In this document: positions 32,722 to 43,323 of the stretch, in pieces | Numbering within the stretch: the stretch's first letter is position 1 | Layout: each line of letters starts with the position of its first letter | Assembly: GCA_965218425.1 (NCBI GenBank) | Contig: OZ244621.1 | Span: 2,528,001-2,592,000, forward strand | Direction: 5' to 3' | DNA: 64,000 nucleotides | DNA from: an uncultured Candidatus Binatia bacterium | Lineage (GTDB): Bacteria > Desulfobacterota > Binatia > UBA9968 > CAXXLF01 | Notes under the pieces: generated by a model | The model's database searches: none | The model's input: only the letters and a program-made list of their open reading frames with translations | What the model was told of the DNA's origin: nothing | Program-made: the position numbers and the translations under genes

Positions 32722-34463
32722 CAACAGAAATGCTCGACAAAACCGAAACCCCGGATGACGGTCTGCACATGGCGCCGAATGACGACGAAAACCCAGTCGC
32801 CGCCGCCATCGATGAGGCCGAGGAAATCACCGATCCCCTCGATGGGCTGATCGACCGAGTCGCCGACGATGCTGGCGCGCCCTTTGTCCCTGAGGTGCTC
32901 GAACGGCTCTCTGCGATAAAAAAAGAAGACCGGGCTGCTTTTGAAGCGCTTCGAGCGAAGTTGAAGAAAGCCGGCTGCCGTGTCACCGCCCTCGACGAGG
33001 CTATCATGGAGGAGGATGGCGACGGTGGGCGAGGGCCGACCCAGGCCGACATTCTGATCGATCTGGCGGGCAAGGCTGAACTGTTCCATGCCGCCGACGG
33101 AACCGCTTTTGCCGATCTCGACATCAACGGTCACCGGGAAACCTGGCCGGTCCGCTCCAAGGGGTTCAAGCGGTGGCTGACGCGGCAATTCTACGAGGCG
33201 ACGCATGGCGCACCGAGTTCGGAGGCCCTGCAATCGGCCCTGAGCGTGGTCGAGGCGAAGGCGCATTTCGACGCCCCGGAACGGCCGGTTTACATCCGCG
33301 TCGGCGGGATCGACGAAAGCCTCTATCTCGACCTCTGTGATGAGACTTGGCGCGCCATCGAAATCACCACGACCGGATGGCGCGTGGTCGAGAACGCCCC
33401 GGTGCGGTTCCGCCGGGCCGCCGGGATGCAGCCCTTGCCGGTCCCGGTGCCGGGCGGCTCAGTCGAGACCCTGCGGTCCTTTCTCAACGTGCAATCGGAC
33501 AACGACTTCGTGCTCGTCGTTGCCTGGGCGCTGGCCGTGCTGCGCAATCGGGGTCCCTATCCCGTGATCGTGCTCTCGGGTGAGCAGGGTTCGGCCAAGT
33601 CCACCTTCTCAGCCATTCTGCGGTCGCTGCTCGATCCGAATACGGCTCCATTGCGCGCACTGCCGCGAGAGGATCGGGATCTGTTTATTGCTGCAAATAA
33701 CGGTCATGTGCTGGCCTTCGACAACGTATCGGGCCTGCCGCCCTGGATCTCCGATACGCTCTGCCGGCTGGCCACCGGCGGCGGGTTCGCCGTTCGGCAG
33801 CTCTACACCGACCAGGACGAGGTGCTGTTCGACGCGGCCCGCCCGGTGATCCTGAACGGCATCGAGGACATCGTGACCCGGCCCGATCTGGCCGACCGAG
33901 CGTTGTTCCTGACCCTGGAGGCCATCCCGGAGGAGCGACGCCGCCCCGAGGCGGAATTGTGGGCTGCGTTCTACGCCGAGCGCCCGCTCATTCTGGGCGT
34001 GCTGCTCGACGCGGTGGTTCAGGGCCTGAAGATGCTGCCCAATACAACGCTGGAACGGCTGCCGCGCATGGCGGATTTCGCGCTGTGGGCGACAGCCTGC
34101 GAGACGGCGTTGTGGCCCGCAGGAACTTTCTGGTCGGCTTACTGTGGCAACCGAGACGAGGCGGTCGAAAACGTGATTGAGGCCGATCCGGTCGCAGCCG
34201 CTGTCCGCGCTGTGATGGAGGAGCGGACGGAGTGGACGGGAACAGCGACTGATCTTCTGGGCGCCCTTGCAGAGGCAGCGGGAGAGCGCGTCGCCAAGTC
34301 GAAGACCTGGCCGGCCAGTCCTCGGGCATTGTCCGGTCGTTTGCGTCGGGCAGCGACCTTCCTTCGCAAGATCGGCATCGAGGTCGACCACGTCAAGGAA
34401 GGCCGGGCACGCACTAGGAACATTCACATCAAGACAAGAGGAAACTCCGGTGGCCCGGATTAG
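32718..34463 (+). CDS. Replication-associated P-loop ATPase/helicase
   Basis: GEQGSAKST, LAFDNVS, RQLYTD, DLADRA, PRMADF; coupled to primase. Confidence 0.82.
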   Translation: MTTEMLDKTETPDDGLHMAPNDDENPVAAAIDEAEEITDPLDGLIDRVADDAGAPFVPEVLERLSAIKKEDRAAFEALRAKLKKAGCRVTALDEAIMEEDGDGGRGPTQADILIDLAGKAELFHAADGTAFADLDINGHRETWPVRSKGFKRWLTRQFYEATHGAPSSEALQSALSVVEAKAHFDAPERPVYIRVGGIDESLYLDLCDETWRAIEITTTGWRVVENAPVRFRRAAGMQPLPVPVPGGSVETLRSFLNVQSDNDFVLVVAWALAVLRNRGPYPVIVLSGEQGSAKSTFSAILRSLLDPNTAPLRALPREDRDLFIAANNGHVLAFDNVSGLPPWISDTLCRLATGGGFAVRQLYTDQDEVLFDAARPVILNGIEDIVTRPDLADRALFLTLEAIPEERRRPEAELWAAFYAERPLILGVLLDAVVQGLKMLPNTTLERLPRMADFALWATACETALWPAGTFWSAYCGNRDEAVENVIEADPVAAAVRAVMEERTEWTGTATDLLGALAEAAGERVAKSKTWPASPRALSGRLRRAATFLRKIGIEVDHVKEGRARTRNIHIKTRGNSGGPD

Positions 34464-34475
34464 GGAGGAGTGCAA

Positions 34476-34659
34476 CCGTCCGCACCGTCCGTATCGTCCG
34501 CGAACCCACAGAAAGGCAATGGAACCAACGCATTCGCGGAAAACAACAGGGGACGGTTGGAGACCTTGCGGACGGTAAGGGAGACGATGTCGGCACGGAA
34601 TCCGGCTCGACCGTCCGCGCCAAACCTTTGAAATCCAAGGGCACGGACGGTGCGGACGC
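34476..34659. repeat. Iteron-like cluster (CGTCCG / CGGACG), putative element origin
   Basis: About seven CGTCCG-core copies in both orientations right after the ATPase stop. Confidence 0.6.
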
Positions 34660-34719
34660 AAAACCTCCCTCTTAATCCGGTCCAGAGAAAAAGGGCCAAC
34701 GGGGCTGGAGGGCGAAGAT

Positions 34720-35067
34720 ATGAAGGCGGCAGAGGCCCTCCGGACGGCTCGGACCACCGGTGTCGAAATCTCGCTCGACGGAAACGACCCGGTTCTCGAA
34801 GCTGCCTCACCTCCGCCGGAACGCGTTCTCGACGCCCTGTCCCGCAACAAGGCCGAGATTGTTGCCCTGCTGCGTCCCGATGTCGATGGTTGGTCGGCCG
34901 ACGACTGGCAGGTCTATTTCGACGAGCGGGCCGGGATCGCCGAGTTTGACGGCGGCTTGCCCCGCCCAGAAGCGGAGGCCCAGGCGTTTGCCTGGGCAAT
35001 GCCTATCACGCTCCCACTTCCACCAATCAAAAGCCCAAGTAGCTCCGCAATAGTTATTGGCTCATAG
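34720..35067 (+). CDS. Hypothetical satellite/phage-type small protein
   Basis: GGAGG RBS; FDERAGIAEFDGGLPRPEAE motif typical of ORFs following such helicases. Confidence 0.65.
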   Translation: MKAAEALRTARTTGVEISLDGNDPVLEAASPPPERVLDALSRNKAEIVALLRPDVDGWSADDWQVYFDERAGIAEFDGGLPRPEAEAQAFAWAMPITLPLPPIKSPSSSAIVIGS

Positions 35068-35491
35068 GAAATCATGGGGACACCTCCCTGTATTCAAAGC
35101 TACCCCGAAGGCGTGGGCTTATCTAGTCCTTGTATTGCCTTGTCCACGTCCCGTGAGCAACGAACTAACATCTCCTCGTAGAGCCTTTCCCTGCCCATGC
35201 CGTTCCTATCCTTAGAGCAACGGCAGCAAGTGCTTCAAACGACGTTCTCGGTCACTATAGGTACTGGCTAGTATTATGGCGAGCATTTGAGCCTGAGTAT
35301 AGCTCGGCTCACCTCTTTTCAGTTTGGGCAATACGATTGCTTGCGCAAGTGGACGGAAACAAGGCTCATAGACGTTGGCCATTAACTCCGTCCTGATATC
35401 GTGGACAACATCGTGGCCAAGTGCCGGTGAGGCGAGGAAGCCACATAGAAGCGCGCAAGCTAGGACCCTGGGAAGCATGAGAGAGATGGCG

Positions 35492-37147
35492 TCAATCTTC
35501 GGGGATGCGTCTTCCACCGAAAGCCGCCGTTAGATCATTGCGTTCAAGAGTGCCGCCCATGCCTTCGTGCTTGGGGCCAAAGAAAGCGCCGGTGACTATA
35601 CCCTCGTCTGCCGTGCGACAATTCCCCCCTACGAGACAATCCGCTATAACGAAAATACCACTACCCGTAAACGTGTTACCGTCTACAAGCACGTCATAGG
35701 CAAGGCTACCATTTCCCCATTGTGTGCCTGTCCCTTCCGGTGCCTGTCCGGCGGGCCAATACTCCAAGCCGCTGAAATTCAGACCGAGGGGGGTCATTGG
35801 AGTTTCAAGGTCAAGGCTAAGGGCCGCGTTACCGGCCACGCTCGCCGCATCAGGCGTCAGGCCAAGTATGTGGCCGGTCCATGTCGCTGATCCTGTCAGA
35901 CTTGGATTGTCGTTGAGATATGTTTCGGGGTGCATTCCAGCGGCCCAGGCTTGCGCGTGACCGTTCCCATGGTAAACGCCGAAATCGAGGTGACTGTCAC
36001 CTAGTCCCATGCGTCGTTGAAAGTGTATGGACGTGTCATTCCATGGCCCCATGTCGTTGAAGGCAACAAGCAGACCGGCACGGTCTATCGGGTAAAGAAC
36101 TCCACCCGACAGGTAGATTGGCCCGCTCCCTCGTTCCATGATGGATGATCCTTCCCCCGCATAGATTGGCGGCCCTTCGAGCTTTGCACCAAGAGCATCC
36201 TCGACGTGGCTCCACAGGCCAAGGGCATGGAGTATTTCATGGGTCACAGTTACAATGCGACTACCGTCCGGGTTGCTCTCGCGCATCACCACGGGCTCTC
36301 TAATCCATACCTCTGCCCCTAAATTGGCGAAGGGCACGGCCACTCCAGCGACAGGGCTTGGCCCGACATCCTCCCATCCCGGCCATTCACGTTGAGGAGC
36401 GAAGGTAACTGCGATCTCGTGGGCGCCCGGTTCTTCACCCAAGGGCTTGGGATTGGAATCAACGCGCATGCGGAATTGATGGGGCAGGGCTGAATTAATC
36501 GCTTGAACGGCCCGGATGGTCAGGTCGATCTCTTCCGGGGTCGTTCCCTCGCGGAAGCGTATGACAGCATCACGATTGACGCGATCGGACACAACCCCCA
36601 GTTGGTTTAGGTATTCCGTAACTGTAGTGTTTTTCGGATAGCTCTGCACGGTGTCATAGTGTTGACCAGGCGCAAGCTTGCTTTGATACCATCTCCCTGA
36701 TCTCATAGTTTTGGGCAACACGCCCACACTGAGATAATCCGGTATGGGATGACTTTTCGCATTGCTTCTCCACATGCTCACCTTGCCGCGCCCCGGATTG
36801 GGGTCGGGGTCTTGGTGAGTGTTGTTTATTGCTATGGTGATCTCCCAGTTACTGAGCATCTCGAAAGCGACCACTGGGGCTTGTTGGGTATCGCTGGCAT
36901 CCTGTAACGGTAAATCGAGTCGCCGCGCTTCCCCTTGGTCCCGCAACCGTAGAGCCTGCCGATTGTGGCGGCGGATATCCGCGATTTCTTCCGGGGTGCA
37001 TTCAGATGCCATGCACCCGGCAAAGGGCGGCTCCAAGACTGTCGACGGCCCATTGATGATAGGCCCGCCCCCGCCATTACTCGCGCTCCCGCCTCCGCAC
37101 CCGGCTAACAATAGTAGCGTGGCTGCAACGATGATGTGCAACATCAT
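35492..37147 (-). CDS. Lipoprotein with zincin HExxH domain and TbpB-like C-terminal barrel
   Basis: Lipobox LLAGC + GGGS linker; THEILHALGL..H; C-terminal GAFFGP...MGGTL......AFGG. Confidence 0.75.
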   Translation of the reverse strand: MMLHIIVAATLLLLAGCGGGSASNGGGGPIINGPSTVLEPPFAGCMASECTPEEIADIRRHNRQALRLRDQGEARRLDLPLQDASDTQQAPVVAFEMLSNWEITIAINNTHQDPDPNPGRGKVSMWRSNAKSHPIPDYLSVGVLPKTMRSGRWYQSKLAPGQHYDTVQSYPKNTTVTEYLNQLGVVSDRVNRDAVIRFREGTTPEEIDLTIRAVQAINSALPHQFRMRVDSNPKPLGEEPGAHEIAVTFAPQREWPGWEDVGPSPVAGVAVPFANLGAEVWIREPVVMRESNPDGSRIVTVTHEILHALGLWSHVEDALGAKLEGPPIYAGEGSSIMERGSGPIYLSGGVLYPIDRAGLLVAFNDMGPWNDTSIHFQRRMGLGDSHLDFGVYHGNGHAQAWAAGMHPETYLNDNPSLTGSATWTGHILGLTPDAASVAGNAALSLDLETPMTPLGLNFSGLEYWPAGQAPEGTGTQWGNGSLAYDVLVDGNTFTGSGIFVIADCLVGGNCRTADEGIVTGAFFGPKHEGMGGTLERNDLTAAFGGRRIPED

Positions 37148-37380
37148 TTCTCCTTTTCTTGGTTAGAGAAATATTCTGGCCAGGCCGGATTGCCGGGCCA
37201 TTTGCCATCACCGCACAGATTCATGTGTGGGGAAGTACTGCCTATTTATTCCAACTCGGGTAGCTAACCCGAGCCTTTGTGGAATTGTTGTATTCAGCAG
37301 ATAACCCGACTCACGGGAAATCTGCACAGTGATGGCGTAGGGGAATATAGGACAGCTTAAGAATGGGCGTCAAGTGGAAA

Positions 37381-37457
37381 GCGTCAAGTTCATTTGCCCG
37401 TCCAGCCCTTGCGCCTTGCCGGGTAGGTGGGCGAAACGCGGGGGGGTCTATGCCTTA
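37381..37457. repeat. Junction repeat copy A
   Basis: 37391-37457 matches 40944-41010 at 64/67 nt. Confidence 0.85.
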
Positions 37458-37615
37458 TGCCTTACCTTCACCGAGGGGAGAAACAGGCTTAAATCGAAAA
37501 TATGGGCTTCGTTCCTGATCAGTAACCCCGTAGAGTGGGAAATTGCCACGCCCTTCCGATCCTGGGCCGCGCCGCCGCCGGTCGTTTCTTTTCGCGGGGT
37601 CCGTTGTTTGTGATT

Positions 37616-37708
37616 TTGGTCTTGTCCGTGGAATGCGTGTCAAATCCTTTGGCATGCTTTCCATCTCTCTTTGAAATGCGCGACAAGTTTCTTGGTGCGC
37701 TTTTCATC
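37616..37708 (+). repeat. 93-bp direct repeat copy 1 (copy 2 at 38323-38415)
   Basis: Two mismatches over 93 nt. Confidence 0.9.
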
Positions 37709-38322
37709 CGCCAGGTGGGGCTAGGTGAGGTCAACCTCAAGACCGACGCCCCTATCTTATCTAGGCAGTCTATGTCATCTCCTGTATGTTCCCGGAAGCC
37801 ATTGACTCCCGACCCCTCGAAATAGGGCCAATCGCGGGGCGTGTGGACCGTAGCCCTTTTTCCTGAACATCTTTTCCCCCATGATGTATTTCCCTTTCCT
37901 TGCGAAACATCACGAAATACCATGGCGATGGATCGCCACTCCGATAATCCGAGGGGGAAACATCATGGGCTTTCAAGGAGGGAATCAAATGTTCAGGCAG
38001 CGCAAGTCGAATAACGGCCGCCGACCCACCAAGAGCGAAGCCGCCGATAGGCTCCTCTTGAGGAAGAAAGCCATCGCCATGATCGAAGCCAAGGCCCGCG
38101 AGCTGGTGACCGGATACCTCGGCTTCGCGATGGTGGACCCTGCAACCTCCCGTCATGCCATTGACAAGCTCTTTCCCGAAGGTCTTGAGTAGAACGCTCC
38201 CGAGAAGATCTCCATCGAAATCAAGCTGCGTCCATCCGCTGTGGAGCCTTCCCCCGAGAGCGCGAAGGTCATCGAGGGTGAGCTGTCCGAATGATTCCGA
38301 GCTTCCTTTAGTTTGTCTTTTC

Positions 38323-38415
38323 TTGGTCTTGTCCGTGGAATGCGTGTCAAATCCTTTGGCACGCTTTCCATCTCTCTTTGAAATGCGCGACAAGTTTCTT
38401 GGTGTGCTTTTCATC
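38323..38415 (+). repeat. 93-bp direct repeat copy 2
   Basis: Matches 37616-37708. Confidence 0.9.
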
Positions 38416-38908
38416 TTCGACCCTATGGAATCGACCCCAAAGGGGGCCAACGGGCGGGCGTGTCGATCATGCGCCCTTTTCCGATCCGAACCGGTCCGGT
38501 TCTTCTCCGGATGGTCGCTCAACGCCGCGCAGCCCACTACATGGCCGCAGTGCGGCCATTGTCCGAAGTGTTGGGCGCCTGTATCCTTCAAAACATCATG
38601 AAACATCGGGGCATTTAGGAAGGGGGCCGACTTGCCTGTTCTTATCCGTCTCCGAACTCTGATTCCGTGTGACTGGCATTCCGGTTTTGTTGAGGGCTTG
38701 CTGGTTTCCGTGAGGCTCTTAATCCGGCCTTACCAACAATCCGAATTCCGGTGTCCGGTTCCGAAGGATGAATGCACCCCTTTCTCCCAAAAAGAAGGAG
38801 TGCGTTCCTCCCTCCCTATCCCCTGTAGGGATGGTAGGAAACGTAGAGGGGCAAATCCCTTTGTTTATAAGGGTTTTTGGCCAAAGGTCGACAAGCTCTC
38901 CCAACCCG

Positions 38909-39795
38909 TCAACGATAAAGGTCCTTGGGCATGATTCGCCAGGGCACACAGTCCTTGTTCGGATTGCGGCCTAGCCGCTCAATGGTAGCCCCTCCTACCG
39001 CTTGAACTAGTCTAAGGTCCTTGCGGGCACGAACCGGCATATGGGCGCGGTTCGACTTTGAGGCATTTTTGACAACGTTGTCCGGGTAGCACAAGGCCGC
39101 CAGGTCATCGGCGTCATATTCGGGGTAACGTTCCCGCGCGGGGTTCGGCTCCCGCTCGCCGGTCCTGATAGCTCGCCTATCGTAAGGGGATTTAACAGAC
39201 ACGCCCCCCTTAGCGGTTATGACCTTCCCGTCGGGGTCTAAAATGTAACCTTCGCCGTCCCGCTTAGCTACGGGTCGGGTCGGTAAAATCAGATACCGCT
39301 GGTGGCCAACGGCGGCGTTGGGATTCGTGGTGCTGCCGTAGCGATCCCAATCGAAACACAAGGCCATGTAAGCGCGATAGGCACCCACGGAAAAACGAAA
39401 CGCACGAAGCACGTTGCGGTTGACTTGCAGCCCTACTCCGCTCCCACTGGGGAGGTGAGCTATAAAGCCTATCTTGTCGTCAAGCTTCCATCCTTGCCAC
39501 GCACTGACCATCAACGGGAAATAGCCGCCGTCCCGGTGGTCGTTCATGGGAACCCAAATATCGCGCAAACGCCCCAGGGCTCGCTTCAACGCGCCGCCGG
39601 TTTCAGGTTTGTTCTCTCGGTGTTTCTTAGGTCCCATTGGAGCCAATCGCCCGCGATCTCTCGCAGGTAAAAAGGCCCGACCTCGTGAAGGTGACCATTG
39701 CGGGCATGGGTAGGCACGGACATCAACGCCTCAATGAAGATGCACATCTCCGCAGGAGCGCGCCCGCCTTGCCGGTTTGACCGTCTACCTGGCAA
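38909..39795 (-). pseudogene. Frameshifted, 5'-truncated hypothetical gene
   Basis: ORFs 39586-39795 and 38909-39646 overlap in different frames and read as one protein. Confidence 0.5.
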
Positions 39796-39856
39796 AACTC
39801 AACGCTCCATTTGACAATCGGCCATGATGGGAATAGATGGGAATATAGGAACGGGT

Positions 39857-40024
39857 ATGGACACTGGAGAATATGCCTCAATCGCTCTGAGCCTCATCAT
39901 TCTCGGTTTCATGTGGCAACTTCGCCGGGATCTCCACCGGGATATTGCAGACCTACGCGAACGCATGGCCCGGCTGGAAGGTTTGTTTGAAGGGTTAACT
40001 AGACGGGTCAAGCCCTTGGAGTAG
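39857..40024 (+). CDS. Small TM + coiled-coil protein
   Basis: Hydrophobic N-terminus then DIADLRERMARLEG. Confidence 0.6.
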   Translation: MDTGEYASIALSLIILGFMWQLRRDLHRDIADLRERMARLEGLFEGLTRRVKPLE

Positions 40025-40107
40025 CCAACCCATATTCAAGGTAGCAATCATACTGTGGCTTAAATCGCAAGGGACTTACATGCCTAATTACACAAACCCG
40101 CCGTACT

Positions 40108-40641
40108 TTACTCAGTCGCGAACCTGATGTCCCATTCGCCAGCGCCGCCACCATCACCTGTACGCCCATACCAGCGGTTAATCCTTGGTTTCTTAATTAC
40201 CTCAGACGACACGGCCTTAGCGTTGTACCGCGCAATCGCAACGAAATGCAAACGGCACCCCCTCCGTAGGGGAAGTTTCAGGTCCCATTTCCCGGTCTTC
40301 GGATCTAAATGTACCGGATATTGTCCCCTGTGATTTGTCCTATAGAAAAGCAGTTTTTCGATGTCGGGGCGCCAATTCAATTTCCACTGAGGTTTGAATT
40401 TGATCTCGAAGATATCGGTGATTTCCTTTCCATCCACTATTACGAGGTCATGTATGAAGTTTCCACCCCTTGTATGCCATGTGGGTTCGACTATCACGTG
40501 GACACCGGAAAACTCTTCTTGGAGCACCTTGTGCAGAATTGCCTGAAGATTTCGCTCCGTCACGACGTATCCTTTGAGGTACTCCTTTCTGACACGAAGC
40601 CAAACCTTCCTGTAAAGCTTTTTTTTCGCTGCATCACTCAC
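40108..40641 (-). CDS. Putative PD-(D/E)XK-fold nuclease
   Basis: TERNLQA, HDLVI, FEIK, DIEKL pattern; GGAGG RBS before GTG. Confidence 0.6.
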   Translation of the reverse strand: MSDAAKKKLYRKVWLRVRKEYLKGYVVTERNLQAILHKVLQEEFSGVHVIVEPTWHTRGGNFIHDLVIVDGKEITDIFEIKFKPQWKLNWRPDIEKLLFYRTNHRGQYPVHLDPKTGKWDLKLPLRRGCRLHFVAIARYNAKAVSSEVIKKPRINRWYGRTGDGGGAGEWDIRFATE

Positions 40642-40910
40642 GCAAATCCTCCTTTCTTCCGCCGATCTTAGAAGAAATTACTTCCTTGAAAACCGGACTC
40701 CTACCCCACCGATGCCGTAAGATCCCGATATCGCAACCGCTTTCCACCCATATCCTGAACCATATGCCGCATCTTCTCTATCATATCAGACAAGCGGTCA
40801 TTGTGCCGTCCCGAAAACTTCCCAATGTACCGCCCCAGATGTTTGAAGCTCATTTTGTGAACGGTCTGCACAGGAGGGATGACCCCGCCCTATCGCCCCA
40901 CCCGATGCCA

Positions 40911-41010
40911 ACGGTGGCCTTAAAATCGGGTTAGCGTCAAACCCATTTGCCCGTCCAGCCCTTGCGCATTGCCGGGTAGGTGGGCGAATCGCGGGGGGGC
41001 CTATGCCTTA
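40911..41010. repeat. Junction repeat copy B
   Basis: Right part shared with copy A, left part with copy C (47124-47190). Confidence 0.85.
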
Positions 41011-41721
41011 CCCTATCCAAATGGGAAGCTTGTCCTTGTGCTTAAGGAGAAGAAACGCTATCTCCTTGGCCGCGTAATCGAAGTAGTTCCCGCCGTTTCC
41101 ATCTGTGAAATAATCATGGCTTTTCAGGAACTTGCCCCGAGCTATGCTTACATGCAGCAGAGGGAAGATATTGATTTTATCAGGATCAAAGGCTTCAACC
41201 CGCCGTGTAAATTCCTGCCCTAATTCCTTTGTGGTCCAGTACTTGAATTTTCTTTCCTGATTTTTCTTCAAACTTAGCCTAGTAAATTCAAACGCAAATG
41301 CGCCAAATGCGAAGACCACTTTCGGAGTGTATGAAGTTAAATCATTGCCAAGATCGCACGTTTCTTTTCGGAGTTTCGGCTGCCATATAATGTCCTTACC
41401 TAATGGTTTATCTCTTGTGCTTTGAACTGCGTTTCGCACGTATAGCTGGGCGGTATTCACCCTTCGACGATCGGCCAAGAATACTCGTTCTTGAATACCA
41501 TCCAGAATCGGAGTCCAAATATTATGACGCGCGGGGTGCCTGGGATCGAGCGGACAATCGAGATCGTTCTCCCAATTTTTAGGGTTGGAGTCCCCAATCA
41601 GCCAAATGGGGAACTTCTTTAGACCAGATTCTCTCTTCATATTCATTTTCTCCCTCCCTTCGTTTGCCATTACATGGCCACTTTGTCCCCTTGGCCTATG
41701 GTTTGATGGGTTCAGGGTCAA
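41008..41721 (-). CDS. Uracil-DNA-glycosylase-superfamily-like protein (true start probably 41673 or 41649)
   Basis: WLIGDSNP, YVRNAV, VVFAFG..A, PLLHVS follow UDG-fold motif order. Confidence 0.55.
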   Translation of the reverse strand: MTLNPSNHRPRGQSGHVMANEGREKMNMKRESGLKKFPIWLIGDSNPKNWENDLDCPLDPRHPARHNIWTPILDGIQERVFLADRRRVNTAQLYVRNAVQSTRDKPLGKDIIWQPKLRKETCDLGNDLTSYTPKVVFAFGAFAFEFTRLSLKKNQERKFKYWTTKELGQEFTRRVEAFDPDKINIFPLLHVSIARGKFLKSHDYFTDGNGGNYFDYAAKEIAFLLLKHKDKLPIWIG

Positions 41722-41853
41722 ACGTTAATCTACCCCGCTAGGCTTTTTACTGGCAGGGCAGAATGAAAGGCCCGCTAGGCCCTTTTCCTCACAGGTTCTC
41801 GGTCTTGAATTTCTTGCAGCTTTATCAACTACGGAACTTCATAGTTCAAGGTC

Positions 41854-42332
41854 TTATTTATGTGGGGTTTCCAGGTACTTGAAGACCCCGTATCCCGCCC
41901 TGTCGTTGGTCTCGTCCATCACATACTCGATAGGGATGATTTGCAGCTTCTTCCATTGCGTGTATTCGGCAAAATGCAAGGTTCCTGTCAGAAAGAGGCC
42001 GACGGAAAAAATCGTGAGCCTGCTTTCCTTATCCTCCTCGCTCGGAAGCGGCAATCGTATTCCGACGTGAACCTGGAATCCGACGGCTGAAACAGGTTCG
42101 AGATCCCCATCATGATATCCGATTTCTTTTCTATCCTTGCAGAACCCTCCTGGTAATCAATTGCATTGTCTTCGGAATACTGCCTGGCAAACTTCTCACA
42201 ATACCCAGACACGGTGACATGGCGTCGTGAATCAACGGACCCACCTGCTCCAACCTCCTCACTGTTCCCGATGCCGGCGCCACAGCTCGCAAGAAGAACA
42301 ATCATAATGGATGCAGCATTTCTAATTGTCAT
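41854..42332 (-). pseudogene. Frameshifted putative lipoprotein
   Basis: IVLLASC lipobox; coding continues in ORF 41854-42054 in another frame. Confidence 0.45.
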
Positions 42333-42583
42333 AGCAGGATATCTAACCGTCGCTATAGCGGTTGGAATCTTCTTATGGATCGTGGGGGTTTTCACGGGAA
42401 AAATAAAGGGTCGTCCATAAAGCATATGAGGCAGCACGGGAACGATGGGGACAAAATAACGGGCAAGGTCACCTAGCCCTGTCAAGCTTACCTACCTAAC
42501 AGGAATCAACGTTTTTCATTCATGTCGATTGCATGTTCATTGTCAACCACAATTGCCGTCTCAGCGGTTGATGTCTAGGGCTC

Positions 42584-43078
42584 CTACTTGCGGACGATAA
42601 ATTCCTCGACTGAGAACCGGAAGTTATCATAGCTGGCAAACAGGTATCTATCACTGTCTGCGCTCAGCTTGAAGTCTCTGATCATCTGGTTTTTAAGTTT
42701 TTCTATCAATCCAGGCTTGGTGTCAAATATCATCACTCGAACGGCTGCCCGAGCGATGGGGAGTTTTTGAAAGTCGTCCCATATATCTTCTTCATCGCCC
42801 CACTCAATCTCTGCAACTAGTGGAACGTCTCTTACCAAAAAATCATCGTTGGGATCTACTTCCAACCAAACAAGGTCATATAAATACTCCCCCCATTCGC
42901 TTCCATCTGCCCTAGAAACTCCTGACGTGTAAGTCTTGTAACCCCTATCCAGGGCAAGCCCAACGAGTGTTTCCTTGACCCTTTGGGTCCAAACGCGGTT
43001 ACCCCATCCATTAACGGATTCCGCCTCCTTCCCGAGTTCGTTTAACGAATCTTCCAAATCCGACCTATTTAGCGCCAT
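42584..43078 (-). CDS. Putative PD-(D/E)XK-fold protein
   Basis: EYLYDLVW, LVAEIEW, DDFQKL pattern. Confidence 0.6.
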   Translation of the reverse strand: MALNRSDLEDSLNELGKEAESVNGWGNRVWTQRVKETLVGLALDRGYKTYTSGVSRADGSEWGEYLYDLVWLEVDPNDDFLVRDVPLVAEIEWGDEEDIWDDFQKLPIARAAVRVMIFDTKPGLIEKLKNQMIRDFKLSADSDRYLFASYDNFRFSVEEFIVRK

Positions 43079-43323
43079 AATCTTGCCTTTCTTTCCTTTC
43101 CGTAGACCTAGACCTAGGTATACGGTTCCCCTAAATTTTCACACAAAAACCTTATGGCCTTCGTTCTGGCAGCACGAGGACCACGCGGTATCCTAATTCC
43201 ATACCTATTACGAGACAGGAGACGGCCAACAATACCATGGACATGGTACTTCGCGATGGTGCAGCTGCCGGTGAACCCTTTCTCGCACCGCGCAAGGGTC
43301 CGTTCCTTCAAGCACGCTCCGCA

